Shown piece by piece: positions 11,311-24,683 of a stretch of 64,000 nt of DNA (position 1 is its first letter; every line of letters starts with the position of its first letter). The translations under genes were made by a program, and so were the position numbers. The DNA is from Catajapyx aquilonaris. Its lineage: Eukaryota. Where the stretch lies: contig KZ538046.1 of the NCBI GenBank assembly GCA_000934665.2, positions 62,001-126,000 on the forward strand, written 5' to 3'. The notes under the pieces are model-generated. The model had not been told where the DNA came from, ran no database searches, and worked only from the letters and a program-made list of their open reading frames with translations.

Positions 11311-14181
11311 CTGGGAAGGAAAAGGAAGGGACAAAATGCGAGGAAGGAAGGGGGCGTGACAGTCTTGGCAACAGAAAGAGAATTGGCGCCGAACAAAAGG
11401 TGAGTCCGGGCTGATCAATCAGGTAAAGGAACGCGCTTTTGCTTCTTTTCTCCCCACAAATGCGTGTCCGGATTAATGTATACAACGCATTAGCTTGTCA
11501 CATCTCCCCCCCTAGCTAAATCCTACCCTTCGTTCTTGTATATAAGCGCGTTACAACTAACTGCTTTATAATGAACTTACTCAGATCCATTGTCCTCGCT
11601 TTTTTGGAAATTTATGGGCTTCAACTGTGTCCCGGACGTTTACGACGCGTGTGATAAAGAACCTCGTTTTCCTCATATTACCAGCAAAGCCCTTCGATCA
11701 GTTTAGAACTCTCGGATAACAGCGCGCGCAGAGGACAGAATAATAATAATAAAAAAATACGGTGGCACCGCACAATGCAAACTCCTGTCTCTCTGCGGAC
11801 CACCACTAAACCCCACTAAACTGTACGCTTTTCATAATCGGTGTCACGGCTGATTCGACTCGTGGCAAGAAGCACGTAATAACTGCTAACCTAAACATCA
11901 CGTGGGACGTACGGCTGCCCATACGTCACAGGGAGCGCAGGCCGATGCACCCGACTAAAAATACACGCACAGATGTCGCAAGTAATGGGCCAAAACACCG
12001 AAGGAAGCCATCCTTCAGTCTGAATCTGCAGGTGAGAGGGGGCTGTTTGCATTGATAAAGTGGTCGGATTTACCGACAATGTTTCATCACGATTTACCAA
12101 AAAAAATCCGATTATTTATTGTATAAGTAAATTATTAGTTCGTAATAATACCAAATAAAGAAATTCACTACGATGTATCGAATTTGCGATATAATGTATT
12201 CCATATTAGATACATTCGATATTAGGATTCGATATCGGTTTGAAATATCGATATACGACATATTCCGATATTTCAGCGATTTCGCTTTGAGATGTTGGTA
12301 AATCCTGGTATGGCTCAGCGTCTTGCTTACTTGCTTTTGCTTTGCTTGTCTGGCCCGGGTTTTTTGGCCAACTGTAAGCCTCCCCCCCGTTTTAATGACG
12401 CTGGAAATTTTATTACTCGCGCGGCCTCACAGCCTGTGCAGTCTCTATAAATACCGGGGTCCTTGGGCATTTTTGGATTTATGCACCTGCGTTTACTAAG
12501 TATGTGTGCAGCGTTATCAGGAAAAGGTTGTGCTTAGAGACATGGCCAGTTAGTTTCTATTCCTCAACCGGCTTTCCAACCGTATTAGGCCCGAATTTAT
12601 GCACCTGTGCAGCGAATAGCTAAAAATTTATCACCTTGGGCACAATTACCGGGAGAAAAATGGCTCGAGAGACCGTAACAGAGCAGCGCTAGCGGCCTAT
12701 CCTTGACTCTGAGGACGACCCGCGCAAATGACCAATTTTCCTCCTTAATGACTTGGAGGCCCCTTTTTGGCCCTAGACGGCTACAGGTCCAATGAGAATC
12801 CCGATGAAACGGCAGAAAACTCTCTCGGTTCGGATTGAACAATATCTCCGCGTTTTATGATAGAATTATGCAAATGTTATGCGGGGTTTCTTAGATGCAC
12901 TTGTCTTTGTCCCCCGGAATAATAATACGGTGGGTGGGGATGGGTGGAAAGAAAAGGGGTGGAGGCTGAACTGGGAATCCCTCCAAATTCGAATGGAAAA
13001 GGACTGGCATTGGAATGGCTCCAATTCCTTAAGTGGTATATCGTAAACACGTTGTTTGTTGCAAAGGCTCTACTGGATGATGCCCCTTGCGAATTAGCCT
13101 CAATTTTTACTTCAACTCCCAAAAAATGTAGCATATATATAGACGATGGTAAGGATGATTAGGAAGTTTCTGCAGGGGAGGCTTAGGGAAGGATCCGCCT
13201 CCTTCCTTTCGGACGTCCATTAATCTTGGGCTCGCACTTTACCGCCTTGCTGCCAACGCCGTTTACCCAGTCTCCTCGTTGATGTCCCGCTAACAAATGC
13301 CGTTCGCTACATCCTTTGACATCGGTTTCTCGGCTTCACCTCCTATTGGCTGCCGGACTTTTTCTTCCTTCTCTTCCCCAAGACTCCTACCTCGGGCAGG
13401 AATTAGTCCGATCCATCTTAATTCCTTGCAAGAGGAACGTTGCGAAAATAACATCGACCAATCCACCAAGACTGATTACCTAGAATTAGCTCGCTATTTT
13501 TTTTAAAAAAGTAGCAATATTTCCGGTTGTCGACATATGCATCTCGGTTGCACTCTAGATGCAGCATCCAGGCCAGTCACCGATCTTGTCAATTTGCCAG
13601 GCGACTGGGCCAGCAGCCGCACTTGTCTGGACATTGGACCCCCAGTCGAGAAGGATGTCATCAAGGTCCATTATTATCCCGCTTCCCACAGTCAGGGAAT
13701 GCAAGGTCGCCAATGCACCATGCAGGACTGGGGCAAATAAAGTGCCTTATCTCTACCGGCACTTGCAACCCAGCAAGGTTACACATAATCCAGATATTTG
13801 GCAGGAAAATATTTTCATAAAAAAAATAACGAGTGCAGGACCCTCTAAATTGCCTTCCCTGGCAACCGCCTGGCAGTCCTTGTTGGTAAAAAGACAATTA
13901 AGCTTGGAACACCGTTAATCTCGAGGAGCGAGGCCACAGTGCCATTTGGAGCTATTTTCCTGGCCCAACCGTCGTCTCCGACGAGAGACAGCCCACTACT
14001 TCACTTTAGCAGCACAAGATAAGACGTCGCCATCATGACATTTTCTCTTTCCACCCAACCCCACCGCTTCATGAAAATTTCCTAGTTATTAGAGCATGCC
14101 ACATGGGGCGCCGTCCCAGGCAGGGAGAAAAATATATATAACACAACAGGCGACATGCACATGCAGAATGCCAGCTTGACC

Positions 14182-14196
14182 TTGCCCCCTAGTGAT
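14182..14196 (-). promoter_or_regulatory. CTCF-like motif
   Basis: Minus strand reads ATCACTAGGGGGCAA. Confidence 0.35.
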
Positions 14197-16564
14197 TGCG
14201 AGACAGAGATTATCAGTGCAGGTCACCACGAGCTGAAAGCGGGTTGCCGAAGCTAAGGATGAAAAAGGGTTTGCGCCAATCCGAAGATAAATGGCGGCAA
14301 ATATGCGGAGCTTGGAAAAGGTCTAGAAGCAAGCAAGAAAAGGGGGGGTTGGAACCGGGTGGGGGGGGCAAAAACAGACGAGGAGCTGCCTTCGTCGTTG
14401 AGCGAAACTTCCAAGGAAACAAAAGTTAATGAAGCGAGTAATGCCCTGTTTGCTTGAGCAGCTGCCTGTATAGCTCATCAAGCCAGATAATAAATCTGGA
14501 ATGGCCAAATGAGGTATAAATTTTAATATTTTCCACGCACGGGGCTTATTAGAGCCCGTGGCTAACTGCCCTTGGAAAGTAGGCCACCTGCTGCAAAAGC
14601 TTCGTCGTCCCCTTTCATTACTTCAATTCCTACATCGAAGCAAGCCGGCAGCCAAAGCCCCCAAAGGCTGACCCGAACCTTCATTGATTCGACTCGGGCC
14701 TTCAACTATCTCACTTCATTTACTCCATATCACATCAGAAGGTGCCATCGGCGGTGGAACTATTCGCACACCCTGTACCACCATCCCCCTCAAAAAATGT
14801 ACCCAAAAAAAATATAATTGCTTGGTGTAGTGGACGCCACGACTTGTTTCTGGCCAGAAGGTTAATTGCACCTAAGGCGACTTTTTCTCCTTGGGATCAT
14901 TGAAAGCAGCATCTGGTTAGCTTCTTCTTCGTCTTAACCATCTGCGTGTCTCTTGGCAGACAGCTGTTCTGCACTTCCTTCCGTCGATTGCCTCTCGCAA
15001 AATCATGACCAAAAACTACTTTGCAACCATGTTCTTTTTGGGGTCGACAAGCGCTGATGGGTTGAGCCGGTTCAGCCCAACCCACCCATCTCCGTTATAA
15101 CATCTTCATTTTGTACCGGATTGCAACTCGTTAAAAAAAATATGTGCAGGTCCGGAAGGACATCAAAAGTTGGGGCTCTCTAGCGGTAACGAATTTCTCC
15201 GGCCCAGAATTTACGAGCAAATTCTAGCTTATTGCAATTTTTAGTGTCCGCGCAAATCCGGGCCATTCTGAGTATAATAGCCTCTCCCCTAACGTCCCAA
15301 AAAAAAACTACTCATCAACAATAATATTCCTTCAGACTTTGCAGGTTGGATTGCACCACATTAAGTTTGCAGCTCCCCAAAAAAAGAGAATGCGTCCTGC
15401 CCAATAAACAGTGCTATGAAAAAGAGCGCCCATTTTTCCTATAAGGTCTTAACGCTGTTGGAGAAGAACGTTAAAAAAAAAGATGGGTGTTGGCAATGCC
15501 GCAGTGGAATCGGCGCAGAGAATATTGGATTTGAGTGCAGACTTCTTCGCGTTCCTTTTCCTTTAAAAGCCCAGGGACCAGGGAAGGAGGGGGTGAGAGG
15601 GAGGATCCAGCAGGGGGGAGGAATATTTTTCTTTGCTGCAAGGAGGAAATTATTCAACATAGTACTTAAATTACTGCCAAAATGCAGGAGCTAACTGGAA
15701 GAAAGTAATTCTTCTCGGAGAATAATTGGAAAACAGGCCATTTCATTAGCTACTTTCGCTGCAGGTTCTCTCCCGGGAAGACAAATCTTTATCTCAAAGA
15801 AAATAATATATGGTCCTTTAATGACGAAATAAATAGCGAGCACTAGCACGGCCTAAATAGCACCGACTATTATTTCTTTTTTTTTCGTCCTTTGCTAACA
15901 ATCGATCCTAAGTTTTTCTGCAGGCCGCAAATGGAAGAGAGGCGCACCTTGTCTCTAGCCGCAGACAGTTTTCCTCGGCTCAACCTGAGTGTTGATATTG
16001 GCACCATACCAGAAAGCCACACGACCTCATCGACCTCCAGCCTTCCACCAGTGAAATGGAGTGCGGCGGAATACCGACGATGACGTCCGCGACATTAACA
16101 ATTTTTTAACGACCTCCTCCCACCCTTGTATAACCTGAAAAATATTTTTCCCCCTTAAAAGCCTGTGTGTTCACGATCCATAAACACGTACAGCTTTTCC
16201 CCCCCCATCTTGTCCGACTTAAGTCCTTCCATAAGTGCACCCGATGTGTTTCTGGGCATTAGGAACCGAGTTGTCGAGGGGAGGGAGGATGGGGGGGAGG
16301 GACGGTTCCCTCGACAAAGCAGAATTTTCTAATTCCTGGGGATTCCTTAATCAAGACATACTGCATGAGGGGGTTCTATTTGCCTCTTGGATCGATTTTT
16401 TGAGGCCAAGTTACCGTAGCAACTGCGCTCAGCCGCCTCTGAGTAAAAGGCGAATAAGAAGGAAGGGTGGGTGGGGAGGGGNGAAGCTAAAAAATTTCCT
16501 CTTGCAAAAAGGAAGCCCGTAACGAAGGCCCCTAAACCTGGTTAAAGAACGGATACGAGAAAGC

Positions 16565-16575
16565 CAAGATGGCGG
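16565..16575 (+). promoter_or_regulatory. Canonical YY1 motif
   Basis: CAAGATGGCGG. Confidence 0.5.
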
Positions 16576-19500
16576 AAAAATTCTGAGCTGCAGGACTATC
16601 CTCTGGCTTGATCCATCACTCTATATAATGAGGAAGCTGAGGATTTTTTATAGGAGAGGGCAAGAAGAGGATTGGTGTTTACAGGGCCAAAGATGCATTT
16701 TAAAAAGGGGTGTAGCTCCCATTTTGCTCTGATTTCAGGAGGAAACATCTCGGCAATTCGTCTTTGCCTCCAGCAGTCCGCCTCCACTTTTCCAGCGCTG
16801 ATTGCCAAATATTGATACTAATGCAGGAGCAAGACTAATTAATTAACTGAAGGCTGTCTTCACGAGTAACTGAGACTCTCATAGGAAACACCGGCCTATA
16901 GCTACAGAGGTCGCATGTTGGGTAATGATTTGAAACAACTGTAGGCAGTGAATTCGTACAATACGTATATACTCTATATACTCTCTAAAATTTACTTTGG
17001 GCTGATTTTCATTTTGCATGTAGTTAAAAAGCACCCAATACTTCTGGATGAAATTTATACCGAACTCAATTTTTTAATTTCTCTCTCAGTTTCAGTAGGG
17101 CCTACTTCAAAATGCATGGGGAAAAAAAGGAACGATCGAGTCCACTGGTGTATAGAAATTTCGCTGAAAATAATGGAGGCTATTTTGCATAAAAATCGAA
17201 AAGAAAACTCATCAAATTAAAATTACGAGAGTAGCATACAAGAATCGCTTTTTGTAGTGGTCAGTATATGCACAGAATATACAAGCAGAATATTATTTCA
17301 GTTGAATATGATCAGGAAGTTTTAGAATTGGGCAATGACCATCCGGATATTTATTAGCGTGTGTGTGGCGTCGAATGCAGCTACTTCTACCTGAAGCCTA
17401 AAGTTGCGGGAAAATTCCAGGAAAGTGAAGGAAAGTTTTGGGGTGCGAAACTTGGGGAAGGCAGCGGAATCTTGAAAAGCCCTCCCCCACCTACCCACCA
17501 CCTATACCATCCCCCCTTCCCTACACCCGAAACCAACGGAATAAATTCATCCTCCGCCTTTTCTGGCCAGGAATTTTCTTCCATTCGGGTCTCTCCGACA
17601 TCACGAACATGTCCTGGATGTCAATTCCGCAAATAAGTGCATCGATCGGCAGACTTTTTTCCCCTCCCTTTCCATCCAAGACGAAGCTCTAAAGTGGAAG
17701 TTGGGGATAAATTTTTTGTGTGTGTTTTTTTGGGAACAGAAAAAATAGCATGCTCACAAGATTGCTAAAGCCCCTTGTGTAAAGCCGGCGAATTTCATGC
17801 CTCGTGCACTTCGCCACTTCATCAATGACCCCTTCTTTCTTTATGGCTCTCCAGACACCTTTCGCTCCTGCCTTTATCACCAACTACGTTTGGGCACGGT
17901 GGTTAAAATTGCACAAAAAAACAGGCGTCTTATGTGCTACCGGATATTCACGTATGTAATAGCACCGGACCATAAATTGGCACGATGCGAACCTTGCTTC
18001 AAATGCATAGCTAAATATTGCTTCACGAAAAATAAAAGCCGCAGTGCCACATTACGTCAAACTGCTCCTTAAAGGCAATTTTTATGGCTTTCCCATTTGC
18101 GTTAGATGAAGCTTTGCCATTGAAAGTAAATGTTTTTAAAACACGCCATTGCAAATAGCATGTCATGTAACCAATTGGAGAACTTTTTGCCAAACTACTT
18201 TGAGTTAGTTCCAGTAGGCCTGCTTGGATGTCCGGTGCAGGTTTTGGCTGATTATTTGGCTGAACTCTACAAGGTGGTGAAAAGGAGCACTTCATTCAGT
18301 TTCCTTGCTAATTTATGTGTAGAAATTGCTCTAGTTGATTTTGTGATTTTGGCTTAGTACGGAGATAATCACACTTTAATTTTGGAAACCGCATAGGTTA
18401 CATGGGTGCATAACCTACAGGCTAGTCCATATCATTCATGTTACCAAAACCATGCCAAAACCGAACCAAAATTCGTTTATCTCCATAATGGAGCCGAAAT
18501 CCCCGTAATCACCTACAGCAATTTTGTGTATGAAATTCGCAAGATGTGTGCCCTTTTTCATCTACAGCAAAAATTATTCGCGAAAATTATGCATAATATT
18601 GATACATTCATAATTCAATTTTGCGATTTTCTTGCAATCAATTATGTCAATTTCTCATGCAATATAACACCGGCTGTCGCTGTTTATTTATTTATTTATT
18701 TATTAGACGCCCAAAACGCGTAAAAACGGCAATAAAATAAAATTGCGAGCCATCTGGAAAGCGCACCTTACAATCCCAATCGGAAATGAACAACGCAGTG
18801 TCGTATTATTTCAAGAATCTCTGAACCAAAACAATAGCCAGTGCAGCTGCATCAACACCTGCGATAATAACGGGGGAAACTAGGGAATATATAAAAAAAA
18901 CTGGTGTGCATATACGCCCAGCATGCAAAAATAATTGTGAAACGCGGCCTGTGCTGGCAGGTTTTTGGTTGGGCCCTTTTCGACCCTGACAAAACGGAAA
19001 CTTGACCGGAATTTGCATGGCGTGGCAATCGGTCCCTTCCGATCCCCGAGAGTGGGTGCTTTCAAGATGCGAATCGCAGGCTCAACTTTACAAGCTCAAT
19101 GTCAACTCCAGCGACATTTCTGCCATAAGCCTTCTCACGTGACGGCAATTTTGCAACCCGCGAATATAACACGCCCATTTTTAATTTTTTTTCTCCAGAA
19201 AACTTTATCTACAGAGCAGTATAACAAGATTGTTTTCATACACGCTGAAAAGCAATGCAGAATTTATTACATATATTAAAATACCATATTACAAAATTTT
19301 CCTTTGGGCATTATATGGCCACACTTGCTATTCCTTCCTAAACTTGCGCGATTTTCCGCGTGGGTGGACTGAAAACAAGGCAGTATATTTTGGTTTGCAT
19401 GGAGTTTGCAAGTTTGGGGTCATGTGCATATACGTCATAGTTGACCCCCCGAAGGCACTTCAGAAGTAGAGCAAGCGACCAATATCTTTTTCTCCCACAA

Positions 19501-22500
19501 GTAGCCTTTTCATAATTTGAGCTCCAGGAAATTGGAGGAAAAGAAAAAAAAGACCCCTCTAATTAGGGGTAATTTCGTCGATCGGCCTTTGAATGATTAC
19601 CGATAGCGGTGTTTAAAATTTCATATGCAGAGTGAGAGAGACTGGTAGGAAAAATGGCGCCTGCACTGCGGACTTGCCAACATTTCAAAATTTTCAAGCC
19701 CAACCCTAAGCCCTCTCGCTTTATATTTTTACGCTAATTTAAAACCATCTCCTAGTCGCACGTTTTTGAACGATACGACACTCTAGGGAAGGAATCAATA
19801 TTCAGGCTTATTTCGCCATCATGTCACATTTGCAGTGTTTTCCCCACGGGGGGTCGAAAATGTGGTGGAATGGTTTATTTTTCTCCCAATTTTTGGCCAG
19901 AGGCTCTTAAACTTCCGGAGACGTCAGAAAATGACAGAAAAAGGTGGACACAGGTGAGAGATCTCCGGGGTTTTTTTTTTGGATGGGGGAAATGGTAGGA
20001 CGATCCGGAGCTGCGCAGGCCCGGAGACTTCGACCGCCCTTTCGGCTCGTGCCCAGCAATGGCAGCCGGCTTCGCATCTCTCGCCATTTTCTCCTCTCTT
20101 CGTTCCTCTCGGGTCAACCCTATTTCGCTTCAAACTCGGACTTTTTTGGCTTCAAATGATACGGTACGTTGCATACTATAGTGGACCAAACGCAGACAAG
20201 AGCCATTTGTTGAGTGACGGACATTTTTGCTGTATAATAGTGTCGTTCGGTCCAGTTTACGCTTCCACACTAGTGATGACGGTTGTTTTCTGACAATCGG
20301 TTGACATAATAATGCTCCAAAAATGTAGAACGCTATAATAAAATGGTGCACCTAGCGGATAAGTACGATAAAAATATTTTATCTCCAACGTTCAACTTTC
20401 GGAAGAATTCGGCTCAAATCGAGTGAAAACATTAATAAATGCACAATTCTACATGAAAAGCTGAGGTATTAATTAATCAAATTATTTTAGTGCCTATAAG
20501 TGCTGTGATTAGCATTGACTTATGCTTCGTTGTTGTTCTATGCAATAAATGAACAATTCAAAATAAAGCTCGTTTTTTTAGCAAACTGACTGATTGAGTG
20601 TAACGTAAGGTCGAAATATTGAGGGAAAAAAAAAGTTTCTGGCTATATATACTGAGGCACTCTCCACACACTTATGGCGGATAAGGCGTCCCCCAAGCAT
20701 AGGAGGACAAAAGGAAGGGGGGTGGGGGGCTGACGGAAGTCCATCTGGGATCGATTCTCTTTGGTGTCGTGCATTGGTTGGTTGCTCCCATGTTCCCCCA
20801 TCACGCCCCGAAAAACGCCTAGGGGGGTCCCTTCAATGAAACTTCGGCCTCCATTTTTATTTTTGGGTCCCTTTTGGCCTGCGAAAATACATATGCACTT
20901 CTGCACAACACTGCGCTCATTGTGTCTGTCGCCTTATTTTTCGAAGCATTTCGTCTTAAGCGGGTCCAGAAATAGAGCTGGCGGGTAAACACATGCAGGG
21001 ACGATTTTATAATAAAAAAATTGGCGAAAAATAAAGCTAAAACAACTGTTAAGGATTCACGTTAGCAATAAATTACAATACTTTGTTCAACTCGTTCTTC
21101 ATCCTGATGACATCATTCCGTGTTACAAAAACATGTCAAGGGCGTAAAATATTAATAACTTGGCGCAAGCCACGTGCTAATAAAAACAAGCTTGACTTTT
21201 ATTGCCACACTAACTGAACTTTTCAGCCATTCCGGCGTTTTCGGATAAGTAAGATCCGCATTTTAAGTTTATTTATCCCAGCCGAAAGTTGACGCAGGAG
21301 GCGTAGCACTATACAGCAGGTCTATATATTCCGAAAAATAATGAGTCAAAAATGTGGAGCAAAAATACCAGAGTTGCTGCCGGCGAATTACAGGATCGTT
21401 TCTTCGCTTTTCACGTCGAGGTTTTTACCTACTACTAGGATAATTAACCCTCTCACCTGACTGCTCAAAAATTGAAGACAAAGGTAACTGCGATTCAAAT
21501 CCCTTTGTTTGTGAAATCGTACCTGAACGCTCCAAGACATGACTACACAAAAAGAAACAGCAACACAAGACCGGTTAAAAAAAAAAGGAAGCGAACCTCC
21601 GTGTACCAGAGACTAAGACAACAAGACAAAGCTATCAATTACAGTCACGTTATTCTAATTAGTGAGTGGAGTTTGCAAAGCTACTGCAAAGGAAATTTCT
21701 GGTCGCTTACTCTGCAGTTTGTAAAGTTCAAGCACACAAGAACACATGTGACACAAACAATTTTTAAATAAAAAAAGAATGGGTGCTATATAGACACGAC
21801 ATTCTCTCTTCTCTTGTACTGAAAATCGCAGTGTTTTTCTCGCTCGATAACTCCAGACTATGCACATGTTCTGTTTCACACCTGTCACGGTGAATGCTTT
21901 ATGGATTGCGTGCTAAAACCGAAACACCGGATTTGGCCATCTCGCATGCAAATTAAATTCCCTCGTGATGCGAACCAATCGCCTCTGCCCCATTTTTACA
22001 CCAGGAATCCTACCTAATTAATAGGCCATCAAGTTTTCTTTACAGCTTCCAAACCTTCCCTTTCAGTCATCGTTAAAAATATTTGCGCAAAAAATCAGGC
22101 GCTGAAAATAGAGATTGGAAGCCATCGAGACCAAGTTAAATCAAAAAGCAATGTCACTATAAAAACTGACTAACTAACTAGAAGCAGGGGGGTGGGGGGG
22201 GGGGGTTGCACAATTATTTTATTGCTTACTGACTCGTAAATTAAGCAGCAGTTTTCTTTCTGTATGATCCTCCCCATCTCCATGCGAATATTGCAGAGGT
22301 GAGAAAATATCTCTCCTATTTCGAGAGGGGAATAAGCACTTTTTTGCCTGCCTTTCTACTCCTCTTCTCAGGTCATTTCCATTCCACGTGTGTAGGGGTA
22401 ATTAGCATGCAGGCTACCGTTCGTAATTAACCCACATACAGCATCGGGCATGAATTTTTACTGTGGGTAGGGCTTGCTGCTGGGGAGGATTGGGGGGAAG

Positions 22501-22659
22501 GTGGGGGTGGCTACTTTCGAGTGGGAATTTTGCGCTCGAGAGAAGAAAAGCAACGGCTGAGGTGTATAGCAGTTGGGGAGGGAAGCTGCAAAAAAAATAA
22601 AAAAATGAAGTGTATGTATTGGGTTGCTCACGAACTTTTGTGGATCCTCACGACTTGAA

Positions 22660-22700
22660 TTACTAGCCCAAACTAGTTTACTAGCCCAAACTAGTTTACT
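22660..22700. repeat. 18-bp tandem duplication
   Basis: TTACTAGCCCAAACTAGT x2 plus partial TTACT. Confidence 0.9.
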
Positions 22701-24659
22701 TCCAAAATCTGGCAGACAATTTCCGTGCAATTGTGCATTGCTCATAAGCATGTGCACGATCATAATGCATTTGGATACGGCACGTGCAGGTACTGCAAGT
22801 GTGTTTCCGGAACACTTGTGCATATTGCCCACACGGTGCAACAGATATTATGAATTATTTTTATGCCACAAGGTCTACTTGATATACGAGACAGGAGTGA
22901 TCGAGCTTTTGTTTTTGCTTACACGTGTAGGTGGTGCCATATCATATAATTTTTCTGATATATTCATATCATAATTGGTGCTATGCACCGGTGTTCAAGC
23001 CAAAATATAAATATAACTCGCTTTGCGAGTATAAATATAATTATAGAGCATGGATCAATTGTGCTCAATTAGCCTGCCTCACTGTCAATTAATCTATCAC
23101 GGAAATATACAATCTCAGACACACATGTGTTGCACTTTGCACGTTTTATTTTTTATGCACGCATATGTTACCATAACGTACACAAATGTTACGTTAATTA
23201 CGAAAATTTTCTAAATGTGAAGCCCACTGCTGATAGTCCGATCAGCAATTTTTTTGTACTTCTTCTCAAGCTCAAGTGTGCCAATTGGTTTCTAAAGTAA
23301 TCGCAACATTGAGATAACTTCAGGTATGCCAATTTCGTTTTTGAGCGATCTTAACAAGCACACAGCCAGACCGTACAATTCCATACAAAAGTCACGAAGG
23401 CAGGCTCCCCCGCGTCATGCCATGAAACTCCGGTTCGTCCAATAAACCAAGCGCTCGGGTTTTCTTGGACTTTTCTGAGCCGGCTTGGGGAAGAAGGAAG
23501 CAAAGTGCGAAGAAAACGTTCAATAGGTCTGTAGGGGATGCAGCGCGCTCCATCTTGGGAGATGCCAGCAAATCAAGCCTACCTAACTAACACTGAGAGA
23601 GAAAATTGTCTTTTACATGTCAAAAAACCTCTGGCACCTCTTTTCTCAAGCCTGATAATGTACACAATACACGCGCTTCCTCCTTTTCTTCCTTCCGCGA
23701 GAATTACGATTTTAATTAAAGGTCCGGCCCACTGTGAGTGATGGGCCTTATTTATGCCGGAAGTTTTCCCATGCACCTATACGGTATAAGAATGCAGTGG
23801 CGTGGTTGACCATCCAGAAAACTCTGAGCCCAAGACAGGTAGGCTTGGTGCTGAGAAAAGTGTGGGAAAATTTGTGGACCTGAAGAGGAGGTGCTGGGGA
23901 CCTAAGTGTGGGTAGCCGCGTCATTATACGTGCATTTATGAGGTTATGTCTTAGGATGTGCAGGAATGTCCTCCTAAGGCAGCAGTGTTGAAGACAGGTG
24001 TGTTATATAAATGGCAAATTCTGTCTGGTCAAGTGGGCAAGATGCCACCCAGGAATATCGATATTATCGCAGACATATTCAAGGAGGGCTGTTTGAAACA
24101 TAATTGCTGGGTATAGGATACTCCAAAATTCATTGTGATTCCAAGAAGGGCAAAGTCCCCAATTAGTGGACTTTCGGACCGATAGAATCGAAAGTCCAAG
24201 CTTTGGAGTGAAAAATGACGTCCAACTTTTTCCAAACCCTGGAGCTGCCGACTCTTTCCAAAGCAATTATGAAGAAATCTTCTCCACTAGTTGAACCTAT
24301 TACAAACGGGCGCAACTCCCAATCTAGGAAAATAAATTTTAAAACTGGGAGGGATTGCGAATAAAAGAGAGGGAGGAATATTTCGCATGTGACAGTGCTG
24401 TTAGTTACCAAAATGTCAAAAGTTTTAATTGGGAAACTCAGGAATGGCCTGGAGCTCAGGAATTGCGACGGAGAAGGAGTCTTGGGGACGGAGGAGGGAT
24501 TTTCTGCAATAAATGGACGCTTCTCTCTAGCCTAGCTTCTAGTTTTCCTCTCTTTCCCTAGCCATGCAGCCCTCCAGCATTACACCTATGTATACCATGG
24601 CACACTATATTCCAGCAGTTTCATCTTTTTCCTTTCCTGCTCAGAGAATCATGGATTTT

Positions 24660-24683
24660 CCTCCTCCTCCTCCTCCTCCTCCT
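24660..24683. repeat. (CCT)8 microsatellite
   Basis: Direct reading. Confidence 0.9.
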
